The translations under genes and the position numbers were made by a program. The notes beneath the pieces are model-generated. The model did no database searches and was not told the DNA's origin. It was given only the letters and a program-made list of their open reading frames with translations. DNA of 62,286 bases, the filler included, from Stramenopiles sp. TOSAG23-3 (Eukaryota), in assembly GCA_900128585.1 (NCBI GenBank). It is 5 parts of 5 records of this genome, joined end to end, with 100 filler letters (N's around TTAATTAATTAA, not from the genome) between each part and the next. Parts side by side here need not be neighbours in the genome. Positions count along the whole stretch, not along the records: positions 27,972 to 55,672 come from LT642255.1; 4 more parts are not named here. One strand, given 5' to 3'. This document shows, piece by piece, positions 33,251 through 43,673 of the stretch. The stretch's first letter is position 1. Every line of letters starts with the position of its first letter.

Positions 33251-36200
33251 TTACCCGAGGTGCACTTTTGCCAGATACAGCCTTCCGCCCTGGTCCCCAC
33301 AGCATACAAGCTGCCCTTTGATCGATGCCTGGCCTCCAATGCCATCGGGCGACCCAAAGGGCGCAAACGATGGGAAGCTTCCTACCATTTTAAGAACACT
33401 ATTGTCGTCTGTTTCACTTGCAGACTCCCCGTACTCAAACAAGTACATTGTTTTGTCCGAACTGTTCGCAAGAATATGATGCCGGGATAGAAATGAACAC
33501 CATGCAACCGTAGTGCCCATTCCTCCAGCAGAAATTTTTGTGAGGATGGAAAAATTCCCTTTTAGGCTACAATCAATCATGTGAATAAAACCGCCTTTGA
33601 CACCTGCCAGTCCTAAATTGCTAGCCCCAGGCCTGTCGTCCAAACCACATTTAATCTTCACGCACACGACCCAATTTTGAAGCTCTATTGCAGCCATTTG
33701 AGTCAATGTTGCTGCGTTCCAAACGCGAACAAAATTATCATTTGCCCCTGAAAGGCAAACTTCGCTGCCGACTGAAACGCACAAAATGGAAGTGTATTTA
33801 TTGGCATTTTCTACCAGGCTCGTATCGAATTCCCGTGGGCTAGATAAAGTGCCATTATCGTCCACTGATAGCATTTGTAAACAATTGTTATCCCCACCCG
33901 CAATAATTTGTCCACGAAAATACTCAATTGAATTTATCCAGTCTGGAAAGTCATGGAAAGTGCTGCGCAAGGTACCATCTGCAACGCACACAACATGAAC
34001 AGTGCTATGCATTCCAACGGCCAGGTACGCGTCCTCGGATTGAACGTCTCCCAGGCAATACGCAAGGGATGTAATTGCTGCCATTCCTGGCGATTTAGAC
34101 AGAAGTTTGGTATTCCAAATTTCCGTTATACAATCAGACTCAAATAGTTTTAAATTCCCAAGACCATCTGCACTTGCAATGTACTCTTTGCTCCCCATTT
34201 GACAAAATACAACGGCAGAGACACTGGCGACATGCCCTGGCGGTGCTTTCGAAACTTCGGCGAGCGGGAGGGAATATATTCGTGCCGTTCCATCGTCGCT
34301 ATTTGTCATAAACAAACCGCTGTTTGCAGGGTGCTGTGATACTCCTTTGACAGGAGCGGAATGGCCTCTGAAACTCGCAGCGTACGCGGTCCCTACGGCT
34401 TTCTCTTTGGGGTTCACGTTCCATACACTGACTGTTTTATCCTCTGCCGAGATGAACAACTTGCCGCAAGCCGAGCACGAAACTGTGTATAACATTTCGC
34501 TTTGGTGCGGCATGAAGCTGAGAACGCAAGAGACATTCTTCACATTTTGAAGGTTCCATATTTTCACTTTTGAAGAACCAGTCGCGCACACCAAATATTC
34601 CGCCGATCCATCGAAACGCGACGTGCACATGGCTAAGATTCCATCATCTTCCGGGTCACCGAACGAACATACTGCATCCTGGATCTCCAGAGAGCGTTTT
34701 TTTCCCTCCAAAGCAGACACTGCCTCAAACAGGTATATTTCCTTGGTGTAGGTGGGAGTTTCCACTCCTTCGTTGTCAGAATTGTCGCGCACCGGTAAGT
34801 TTGTCCCAATGACAATGAAATCGTTTGCTGTTGTAAATGTACAGCATGATGCCGGGACATTGAACACAGTACTCTCTTCATACATCAAGGTTTTGGCCGA
34901 CTTTGTTAAAATTTTGCAAAAGCTCTTGCTGCAAACAATGGCTAGTTGCTCACCGCTTGGAGAAAATTTCATGTCCGTAACAAAATCCAAGGTGTCGTAT
35001 ATTTGAATTTTAGAACCGTTTACAATGTTCCAAACTATAAGATCGTTCCCTTTGCGATAGGGCCTGCACGAAGCGATGGTGACCAACTCGTTTGCTTCGT
35101 GTTTAGGATTGAACCGCAGAAACGTTACATCATCGGTGTGGCCTTCCATGGTCATGACTTCATCGCCGTTCTCGCTTTCGATTACGTGCACCAAACAGTC
35201 CGAACACCCAAATGCTATGTATTTTGCATCCCGTGAAAAATCGCCGACCCATATATGATTGTCGGGATAAGTGTAAATGGAATGGCAAGGCGAGCGCGTC
35301 CGTGGCCGGTTTAACCATTCAAAGTATGCCATTTTTTTGGAAGCACTGAGTGCGCCCTCTGCGTCGCTTTGTGCTTTTGAACCATCGTAAGAATTGAAAG
35401 CTTGCTGCAAAAGCATTCTTTCTGTTAGCGCATTGGAGGTTCTTCTTAAAACATGGGCCGATGCATTCAAGAAGCAGTGATAATCATTGAACGAGTTGGG
35501 TTGTTTCTGGCCCCCAGACGCAACGCTTTGACGAAAATTGTACAACAAATCCCCGAGAAGGTTGGCGTGGCACTTGTGCGCGCAAAACTCCAAATCGCAT
35601 AAAACTGCCTCCGCTTTCTGACTATCGCTGCAATTCAAAAGATGGATAGGCAATCGCCGCAAAATTTGCTTCCACGAAAAGTCTGCCTTATTCTTTCTTT
35701 TTTCGTAAGAGCTCAAAAAATAGTCCCCTAGCTTTGAATGCACGTCCTCGACCAACTCTTGGTTGCTGAGGTATTTGCGCTGGCAAGCATCCCTTGCTTG
35801 CATATGTACAAAATTTATTTTGGAGAAACCAGAGTTCCCAATAGAACGAACTTTCAAAATCCCATTTAAAACTGATGTGTCATTGCTTGTCTCTTTTTTG
35901 CCCTGGTCCAAAACATCTTTGGCAATTTCCTGCAGCTGGGATAAAAACAAATCACCATCCGTAGCCCAAACAGAAGTAAATATCGTATTAGACAAAGCGG
36001 CCCCAAGGTTTCTCTCTACATAAAGTATTGCTAAATCAAATGCAGCAGGGATATCGTTCGGAAAATCGGAAAGTAATTGCTTCGCTAAATCATCGTTATA
36101 TTCGCCGTTCATTTTGGTCTGGAGCAGCAATGCCCTCGCAATCAAATGCAGGTATAATGGCGAATGCTCAGGCTTGGCAAGTACGATATCAACAGTGTCG

Positions 36201-36988
36201 CTGGGCATAGGATCCATCGATTTCGCTACCAATTTCACAAAGAGCTCCCGCCTTTCGCCCCTCGACATCGAAGTTAAATTGTACACTGACTTTTCGGCCT
36301 GCGAAAGAAATTTCCATCGCTGGTTTAAATTTTCATAGACACTAGCTGTTGCAATTCCCGAAGGTGATCTAGAATCGATAGACTCTGGATCAATTGTACT
36401 AAATACATATTTACAATTGCTCGGTGGTACCAAAGGGAGCCATGTTAACGAAAGAGAGGTTTGGTCCAGCTCGTTCACAGCGTCGAAGAAGAGAAGGACT
36501 TTTTTCCCAAGTTTACCCAGATTATCTATCGACTCGACAATCTGGTTCTGCATCAAAAAAATATTGTTTGTTTCCAGAGTTTCCTCCTTTATACCTGATC
36601 CTCCTTCTTGCTGCAGGTTTTTATTTATTGAGGTGTTCAGTTGGGCTAGTATGTCAAAAGACGCGGTTGACCTTTCCGTTGCTCCAACAAACACAGAGAA
36701 TGAAATGTACTCACCCGGTTCGCTGCTGTAAGCAGCCAAGATGCTCGCTATCAAAGTAGATTTTCCCGCTCCACTTTGCGCCAGGATAAGGACTGGGTTG
36801 GGATCTGAGAAGTCTTTAATCATACTATTTACCCGTTGGCTCACATCTTCTCGCGGAACAACCTCCCCCCCGGCGCGGGACAATATATACGCGTGCCTAT
36901 TGACACAGACGTTCTTTTCAACTTGAGACAACCCCTCCACTACCGAGGTATCATTTTTTCTGACTGATACGGACACGCCTCCACCCAT
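33251..36988 (-). CDS. STAND NTPase (NACHT-like) + WD40 protein, TEP1/NWD-like
   Basis: Walker A AQSGAGKST, FVGAT, Walker B LLFFDAVNEL, LTWLP, SPLYL, F.H...RDA...YL, then WD40 repeats; N-terminal MGGGVS. Confidence 0.85.
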   Translation of the reverse strand: MGGGVSVSVRKNDTSVVEGLSQVEKNVCVNRHAYILSRAGGEVVPREDVSQRVNSMIKDFSDPNPVLILAQSGAGKSTLIASILAAYSSEPGEYISFSVFVGATERSTASFDILAQLNTSINKNLQQEGGSGIKEETLETNNIFLMQNQIVESIDNLGKLGKKVLLFFDAVNELDQTSLSLTWLPLVPPSNCKYVFSTIDPESIDSRSPSGIATASVYENLNQRWKFLSQAEKSVYNLTSMSRGERRELFVKLVAKSMDPMPSDTVDIVLAKPEHSPLYLHLIARALLLQTKMNGEYNDDLAKQLLSDFPNDIPAAFDLAILYVERNLGAALSNTIFTSVWATDGDLFLSQLQEIAKDVLDQGKKETSNDTSVLNGILKVRSIGNSGFSKINFVHMQARDACQRKYLSNQELVEDVHSKLGDYFLSSYEKRKNKADFSWKQILRRLPIHLLNCSDSQKAEAVLCDLEFCAHKCHANLLGDLLYNFRQSVASGGQKQPNSFNDYHCFLNASAHVLRRTSNALTERMLLQQAFNSYDGSKAQSDAEGALSASKKMAYFEWLNRPRTRSPCHSIYTYPDNHIWVGDFSRDAKYIAFGCSDCLVHVIESENGDEVMTMEGHTDDVTFLRFNPKHEANELVTIASCRPYRKGNDLIVWNIVNGSKIQIYDTLDFVTDMKFSPSGEQLAIVCSKSFCKILTKSAKTLMYEESTVFNVPASCCTFTTANDFIVIGTNLPVRDNSDNEGVETPTYTKEIYLFEAVSALEGKKRSLEIQDAVCSFGDPEDDGILAMCTSRFDGSAEYLVCATGSSKVKIWNLQNVKNVSCVLSFMPHQSEMLYTVSCSACGKLFISAEDKTVSVWNVNPKEKAVGTAYAASFRGHSAPVKGVSQHPANSGLFMTNSDDGTARIYSLPLAEVSKAPPGHVASVSAVVFCQMGSKEYIASADGLGNLKLFESDCITEIWNTKLLSKSPGMAAITSLAYCLGDVQSEDAYLAVGMHSTVHVVCVADGTLRSTFHDFPDWINSIEYFRGQIIAGGDNNCLQMLSVDDNGTLSSPREFDTSLVENANKYTSILCVSVGSEVCLSGANDNFVRVWNAATLTQMAAIELQNWVVCVKIKCGLDDRPGASNLGLAGVKGGFIHMIDCSLKGNFSILTKISAGGMGTTVAWCSFLSRHHILANSSDKTMYLFEYGESASETDDNSVLKMVGSFPSFAPFGSPDGIGGQASIKGQLVCCGDQGGRLYLAKVHLG

Positions 36989-37300
36989 CGTGCAAGCGTT
37001 TCAACCCAGTCTTGCTCCCTTGTTCGTGCACTTCATTGCAGCCACCAACTCGACACTTTTCTATTGTTATTGTGCTGGAGGGTACCGCCAAAAGAATTCG
37101 GGGTTTCGTTGAAATATAGAAATGGGGTAGACGGCAACTATACTGATTGGTTGGTAGAGAATAATATTAATTCACATCATCATTCATCAACAACAGTCGT
37201 GTTGTTTGTTGTCGCAACATAAATGTGATCAAAATAGCAGGTACACAGCATTAAATTTTTGGCAAATTTTGCTTTCTTCAATTATTCATAAATTATTAAT

Positions 37301-38581
37301 CTAAACACCTTTCTTCTTCTTCTGTTCCCCAGTTAGTTTGTCACTAATCCATAAAAGGATTGAGCTGAAATCCTCAAGTTTGGCGTTCGTCTTTTTCTCA
37401 GAATTTTTGAAAGCTGATACAGTTATGTCTGCAATGTTTTGGATTCTAGAAATTGAGTTCTCAACCGCGTCAACGAGCACAGCTTGCTGTTTCTTCATAA
37501 CTTCAACTTGGTTTTGAAGCTCGGCGACTGTGTTGTCCTTCGTGCCGCACTCGCACGTACATTTTCCACGGCCAGCTTGGCTCGTTTCGTCTAGTGCTGC
37601 ATGCTCGCCTTTACTATCTCTCAAAATAAACATACGGTCCAAGTGCTGAGAAATTTGCGTATTCATTCGAGACCCTGAATCTAAGTGTTTCCTGGCTTTC
37701 AAAGCAATCAGCCGTTCCCGCATACCAGCTGAGTTAAGCTCCATTAGCGCGACTGCATCTCTGTTGTTTTGTACATCATCGACTAATCCACATATATCAC
37801 GAGCGAGTGAACGGTGTGTTAGCTCGGTTTCTTTCTGTAGCTTCTGGTAACCCCCTTTTCGCTCTTCTTCTTTGCTTTCGAGGTCAGAGAGCCGCTCTGT
37901 TAACCGCGTAATGTCACTAGCAATCCCTGTTAAGTATAGACTAACCTGTGTTGTGGTGATCTTTTCTAGCTCTTCTAGTTGTGTTCTTCCCCGGCTGTTG
38001 AATCGTTCAGTCAACACCCTTACTTCTTCTAAGGCGTGCCTTGATTGCGCGTCTATTTTAATGATGGAACCATGCACGTCACCTCCCCTTTCTTCTGTCG
38101 AAATTATCTTTGCCCTGAGCTTGTCATAGTTTGTTGATATTCGTTCGTCTAGTGTTGTCTCCAAATCAACAATTCGCTTGTCCATCTTTCTTGTATTGGT
38201 GTCAATTGATCGTCTCAAGGAATCTTCCAGATTACGCAAGTCGCTCTTCATCTGCGGCACAGTATTGGACAGGTTCAGATCACCTAAACGTAACAGTTCA
38301 CCGTCCAACTTATCAAGCCGAGAACTGAGGAATAAAAGATTGTTCTTGTTCTCCCGAACATCAAAGCTGTCTGTTGCTGCAATTTCGGATGTTGCATAAA
38401 GGGATGCAATGGTTTTATCCAGACGCTTGCTAAGAATCTGGAACGGTGGACGCAAAGTTGCAGGTGTTACCTTTGTCAAACTTTTTCTCAGCTGTTTAGG
38501 GACATCTTTGGTTGGGAGACAAATTTGCTTAAGCAGTTCATCCAACGTAATGGACGCCCCTGGGTCATTGTTTCCCTCCAT
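37301..38581 (-). CDS. Hypothetical coiled-coil protein
   Basis: Long ORF with heptad pattern; start uncertain. Confidence 0.7.
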   Translation of the reverse strand: MEGNNDPGASITLDELLKQICLPTKDVPKQLRKSLTKVTPATLRPPFQILSKRLDKTIASLYATSEIAATDSFDVRENKNNLLFLSSRLDKLDGELLRLGDLNLSNTVPQMKSDLRNLEDSLRRSIDTNTRKMDKRIVDLETTLDERISTNYDKLRAKIISTEERGGDVHGSIIKIDAQSRHALEEVRVLTERFNSRGRTQLEELEKITTTQVSLYLTGIASDITRLTERLSDLESKEEERKGGYQKLQKETELTHRSLARDICGLVDDVQNNRDAVALMELNSAGMRERLIALKARKHLDSGSRMNTQISQHLDRMFILRDSKGEHAALDETSQAGRGKCTCECGTKDNTVAELQNQVEVMKKQQAVLVDAVENSISRIQNIADITVSAFKNSEKKTNAKLEDFSSILLWISDKLTGEQKKKKGV

Positions 38582-39110
38582 TGCTTCGATGAACAATGCA
38601 AATTAAATTTGTGTTGTTCGGAAAACAAAATGGATTTAATAGCGCGTGAATATTCCAGCTTAATAGTTGTTTATCTAGAAAAGATTAAGCTTGATGTAGA
38701 TTTGATGAAATGCTCCGTCTCTTTGTTTGCCTGTGGATGAATTAAACAACAAAAACCAAAACATTTCGTTTGGTTTTTTCAGTTTTAAATATAAAAACAC
38801 TTAGCCGTTATATTATAAATAATAATAATATTTTTTTATATAAGTGTCGTCTAAGAGGAGAAGAAGAAGAAGAAATATTAATAATGTAATAAGAAGATAG
38901 AAGAAGAAGAGAAGAATATTTTATAACAATTCATAATGACATCTAAAGTATGTGATGAGAATTTCAAAAATGCATTAATATATATTAAAATATAAGTTAT
39001 TTTATATGAGAGAAGAAGAAGAGCAGCAATATAATGAAAGAGAATTTAAAATATATAAAGATACATTTCGTATCATTTTTTATAAGTATAATATTCTGTA
39101 GTGTAAAATG

Positions 39111-40970
39111 TTATTGTTCTTTTTTTTTGCTTCGAATTGCCACCACGTCGTCTATTCTTAGCAGTTGATGCCAGCATACCAAGAGTTGAACGAGAACATT
39201 TTGCTTCGTTCCAAGGCTATCAAAAATGCTTCGTTCTTTCTCTCGCCATTCTTCTTTTTCCTCATCGTAAACGGTTTCCAATACGTTTTCATCTTCGTCA
39301 AAATGGTGCGCTTTCAACAGTATATGTACAATTTGTCCCATAGACCTGCTCAGTGCAATAAATGCGTTCGCAAGATCCGAGGGCTGGGAGCGGCACCGCT
39401 TTAGAACAGAATTATAGCGTTCAAACGAGCTTTCCGGGTCTGCCTTGAGACTTGGAAATGTGGTAGATAATGACCCCCCTTTCCCAATCCATTCCGAAAC
39501 ACCCTTGCACCAGCTTTGCAGCCGACGTTCAAAGTATCCTCTTCCGCACACAATTTGAGGGAATCCTACCAAACCTTTTTCATTTGTGCACACGGAACGG
39601 TACAGCATCTTAAAAACTCGTTTTAATGCCTTGTGGTATTGTACGCACAACCCCGATGTCGGGGCTCGAAGTAAGAGCTGGGGGCACGTGACAGGGTACG
39701 AGGCACTCGCCCAGCGTTGTTGAGAAATAAAAAATGGCTGGCCAAGACCGTCCATCAATACATAAGACTTTCCGCCGTATACGATCTGCCTGGCGCTCTT
39801 TGCGCCCCCAATGTCGGCGTTGTGGAAAGTCTCCAAGGTGCAAGAGTTGGACGGGTAAATATTTCCACGGCGACACAGGTACAGTGCTTCCTCTTTGTCA
39901 AGGTACTCCACAATCAAGATCTTCTGTTTGCCCCATGCATTAACTAATTCCTCCGGAACTTTTTCTGTACATATTACTAAATTCACGCCTCTGCCCGCAA
40001 GAATGTTTGCTACAGAACGGGCCCTCTGTAGTGGAAGTTCTTTCCAGCCTTCCAATTCGCCCATGTTGCTGATTACAGAGGTGGTCATTTTCGCCCCAGA
40101 CAAGCTAACATTTATATCTAGTGGGCCCGTAATGACGATAAACCGCACTTCTCCCAATGCCTCGCCCGAAACCAAATTGTTGCTGTTATGGGACATTAAG
40201 AATGCTCTTGGCAAAAGTACGCTGCCAGAAACGATCGTTGATTTGTTCAATGGCGCCCTTTCGGCGCACAAGACTGGGAAACATTGTAAAATTTGCTCAA
40301 ACGCTTTGTGCAGCACTTCGAAGCATGAAAGGTGGCCATGTTCCGCGGCAATAGAGGCGCACGTAACCGAGATCCATTTCATGCAGACGTTTGAAAGCAC
40401 ACTGCTAGCATTTTCCCCAAAAGAGCAGCCCAAAGAAGACCGCGCTAATGTGAAAAACACACCGCCCACACTTTGCCAAAACTCGCCAAAGTTTCTGAAA
40501 GAACTTTGCGGAGGAAACGTTGCCTTCCACTGCTTCAGCATTGGTAGAATGACAGCGGGGTACCAGGTATCTTTTATGTCCGCGACGGCAACGGATAGTT
40601 GCGTCAATCGTGCCCGTGCTACTACCTTGTTATACAGTGGCATGAGTGTCGTGCAATACGTAGAGTTCAGGTGCGCTGAGTTTCTCAAAACATTGGCGAG
40701 CAACAAGACAAAAGCACTACATCCGTCCCCACCAACGTCGTCTACGGTCCGGACGTTTTCCAAAACGTATGCCCCAATGGGATGGTTTACGACAACTGCC
40801 TGTAAAACTGTATAACCGCAGTTCGTAACTAAAACACTGTTGCCCTCAGTTACAATCATTTGATCCCTGCAACTACCCCCCCCGAAAGTTGGCGCTACCA
40901 AAGAAGCTAACGACTGGGCAACATGAACAGAAACGTCAAAAGGTAGGACTGTGTTTTCGCGCAAAGCCAT
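39111..40970 (-). CDS. BBS10: Chaperonin-like BBSome assembly protein (BBS10-like)
   Basis: VLVTNCGYTVLQAVVVNHPIG...GGDGCSAFVLLL, LLLRAPTSGLC.QY, C-terminal QLLRIDDVV; degenerate GDGT(T) as in BBS chaperonins. Confidence 0.7.
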   Translation of the reverse strand: MALRENTVLPFDVSVHVAQSLASLVAPTFGGGSCRDQMIVTEGNSVLVTNCGYTVLQAVVVNHPIGAYVLENVRTVDDVGGDGCSAFVLLLANVLRNSAHLNSTYCTTLMPLYNKVVARARLTQLSVAVADIKDTWYPAVILPMLKQWKATFPPQSSFRNFGEFWQSVGGVFFTLARSSLGCSFGENASSVLSNVCMKWISVTCASIAAEHGHLSCFEVLHKAFEQILQCFPVLCAERAPLNKSTIVSGSVLLPRAFLMSHNSNNLVSGEALGEVRFIVITGPLDINVSLSGAKMTTSVISNMGELEGWKELPLQRARSVANILAGRGVNLVICTEKVPEELVNAWGKQKILIVEYLDKEEALYLCRRGNIYPSNSCTLETFHNADIGGAKSARQIVYGGKSYVLMDGLGQPFFISQQRWASASYPVTCPQLLLRAPTSGLCVQYHKALKRVFKMLYRSVCTNEKGLVGFPQIVCGRGYFERRLQSWCKGVSEWIGKGGSLSTTFPSLKADPESSFERYNSVLKRCRSQPSDLANAFIALSRSMGQIVHILLKAHHFDEDENVLETVYDEEKEEWREKERSIFDSLGTKQNVLVQLLVCWHQLLRIDDVVAIRSKKKEQ

Positions 40971-41996
40971 TTCGGACGGCTGTTCTATTCTACTGCCTCG
41001 GGTCCAAAGTATTCTTTCAAACCATTGTTCTAATACATTAAGCTGCCTATACAATCCTTTACTCCTTCATTTCTATCTATCCAAAAAGAAGAATCAAGAC
41101 GGAGAAACAATCATTTCTTTTTCTAAATAGTAAAAGGATACGGATTAAACCTTTTTTCTGTCGTCGTCAGAATGAAGAATAATTATTCTTTCACAATCAT
41201 CCTCCACCACCACACAACATGACCAAAACTATTATTATTATTATTAGTCTTCTACCCCAACAACAACAAACAACAAACAAGAACACAAAAAGGAAAAAAA
41301 AAGAAGAAGAAAAAAGAAAGAAAACAGAAAACCAATTTAAACCCTATTTATAACTATATTCAACTTTTTAAATTTAACGTACGTCTCCTTCGCCCTACAC
41401 CTACGAGGACTACACCTTCTGCTGTGTTATTTGTTTCTGTTTTGCTCTACACTGATGCTGTGGCTATGTTATACCAAGGGTATTTCACAATGCTATGATG
41501 AGAAAAGGATGGAAGAAGAAAAAAGAAAAAAAAAAAGACATTATTTTTTGAATCTTTTTACAAAATGCGGAGAATACGAAACTATTTTATATTTTATTTA
41601 AATAAATACAAATCTGAAGTATAATAATGTAACGTATTACCTATTTGATACATTTAATATTTGTATTCCAATTTGTTATTGTATAAAATAAGAAGTAGTT
41701 GAATATTATTTTATCCTATTATTTTCTGATTGATTACTGTACTTGTTATTAGGCTTGTAGGAAGATCAATCCCAATAATGATTTAATAATCTATTATTAT
41801 TTTGAATCAACTTCAACTGTGTTAATAAACAGAGAGTGAGTTGAATGATGAATGAAAGTTTACGTCTTGGAAGGTGTGTGTACGGCTAATGGTTTGTTCA
41901 AACCATTTTATACAGAAGGCGCAACATTGTCCTTTCATTTTATCAACCATTTCAAACCATTTGTGAGTGTTCTTTTTTGCTACTCTGCCAACCGCA

Positions 41997-43283
41997 ATGA
42001 CTGAAAACCAACCGAATAAAAAGCGCTTGAAGTTGAGCACGCCCTCCTATGTCGCGCTCACCACGCACCCTACCAAACAGAGCAACGAAGTAAAGGTTGT
42101 TTGGGGTGCAAAGACGCCGGCAGAGAGAAAGCCTGTCATTGGGCAGCAGCAGTTAAAGGTGCCCCGAAATGCGATCGGGGCGCACGGCGGATCGTACATG
42201 GTGTACCGGGCAATGGCCGTGGCAAACGGCAGCTTAGACCCGACATACAAACCAGACTTGCACAATACCCAGCCAGCGTTTACGATCCCACCAAACCCGA
42301 ACTGGTACGGAACCGATCCCTACAAAAGTATTGTAACCATCGATCCGTGGGGGCACATCATTAAGGAAGCGTTTGCCGATTCGCTTGAGAAGGGAATTGA
42401 TGTCAGACCAACGATTGCTGTTACTAAAGCCCATATTGACATTCCTGAAATCATGGCAATGGTAAAGGAAGGAGACCTGAAGCCGGACGGCAAGATTCTC
42501 AGTGCAAATGGCCAGATTTCCACGGGAAAGGCGGCCCTGGACCCAGTATGGTATCTTCCTGGACTTGCAAGACGGTTCGGGTGCACCACAGCGGAGTTAC
42601 GGCACCAGCTGTTCCAACACACCAACGGCATGTTTCCTGAATTGCTGACCCGAACGGATTTGGATATCTTTCTTCCACCTATTGGTGGGATGACTGCCTA
42701 CATTTTTGGGGATTATGAAGCTATTGCAGACCCAAGCAAAAAAGTCGCAGTGCGAGTGCACGACGAGTGCAACGGTTCGGATGTTTTTGGAAGCGACATT
42801 TGCACCTGCCGCCCCTACTTAGTGCATGGGATTGAAATGTGTATTAAGATGGCCCAAAGCGGCGGCGTGGGTATTATTGTGTACTTCCGGAAAGAAGGTC
42901 GAGCGCTTGGTGAGGTGACGAAATATCTGGTTTACAATGCTCGCAAGCGCCAAGAAGGCGGCGACAAGGCAGAAGAGTATTTCAACTGCACGTCAAACGT
43001 GGCCGGGGTGGAAGATGCCCGGTTTCAGTCCATGATGCCGGATGTGCTTTTGTGGCTCGGCGTGAAGAAAATTGACCAATTAATGTCAATGAGCGATATG
43101 AAATACAACGCCATTGTTCGCTCGGGCATCGAAGTCGTGGAGCGCGTTCCGATTCCGCCGGAGCGTGTCCCTGCGGACGCACAAGTTGAAATTAGTGCGA
43201 AAGTCTTTCATGGTTACAACGGTGGCAGTGTGTACAATGTCACCGAAGATGATTTGAAGAAGGTTAAAGGTCGACAACACTAG
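41997..43283 (+). CDS. URC1: GTP cyclohydrolase II-like protein, Urc1/Urg1 uracil-catabolism type
   Basis: RNAIGAHGGSY, RPTIAVTKAH, RVHDECNGSDVFGSDICTCRPYL, RKEGRALGEVTKYLVYNARKR. Confidence 0.88.
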   Translation: MTENQPNKKRLKLSTPSYVALTTHPTKQSNEVKVVWGAKTPAERKPVIGQQQLKVPRNAIGAHGGSYMVYRAMAVANGSLDPTYKPDLHNTQPAFTIPPNPNWYGTDPYKSIVTIDPWGHIIKEAFADSLEKGIDVRPTIAVTKAHIDIPEIMAMVKEGDLKPDGKILSANGQISTGKAALDPVWYLPGLARRFGCTTAELRHQLFQHTNGMFPELLTRTDLDIFLPPIGGMTAYIFGDYEAIADPSKKVAVRVHDECNGSDVFGSDICTCRPYLVHGIEMCIKMAQSGGVGIIVYFRKEGRALGEVTKYLVYNARKRQEGGDKAEEYFNCTSNVAGVEDARFQSMMPDVLLWLGVKKIDQLMSMSDMKYNAIVRSGIEVVERVPIPPERVPADAQVEISAKVFHGYNGGSVYNVTEDDLKKVKGRQH

Positions 43284-43430
43284 ACTTGTTGGCCGATTAA
43301 TACATAATATTTCTTAACCAGAAAAAAAGTTAAAAAGTCTGTCTAACTCAGGATGATGTTGTTTTTATTTTTTTTGATGATTTTATATTTTTTGTACACT
43401 GCTATTGGTTGTTTTTCCAGAGAACAAATT

Positions 43431-43582
43431 AAAAACAAGAAAATTGGCTGTTATTTAGAACAAATTTAAAGCACAAAATAAAATGCTGGTTGCAAAAATG
43501 TACGATATGAAGAGAGAACTACACTTTGTTAAAACTTTATTTAAACACAAGAAAATTGGCTGTTATTTAAGTAATTAAATTT
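43431..43582 (+). repeat. Two copies of the gene-3'-end element (43431-43457, 43546-43582)
   Basis: AAAAACAAGAAAATTGGCTGTTATTTA and CACAAGAAAATTGGCTGTTATTTAAGTAATTAAATTT downstream of URC1; TTAGGGTTAGG at 43620-43630. Confidence 0.9.
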
Positions 43583-43673
43583 AACTTTATTTAAAAACAA
43601 AACAACTTATATTTAATATTTAGGGTTAGGTAAACATATTTTAATACTGCTGGCGGCTACCTTTGTGAAATCT

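Noticed and set aside
39895-40815. Long antisense ORFs (also 48989-49807, 31863-32585) and microsatellite ORFs (3323-3580, 17332-17754)
   Set aside because: Shadows of real CDSs on the other strand, or translations of simple repeats.
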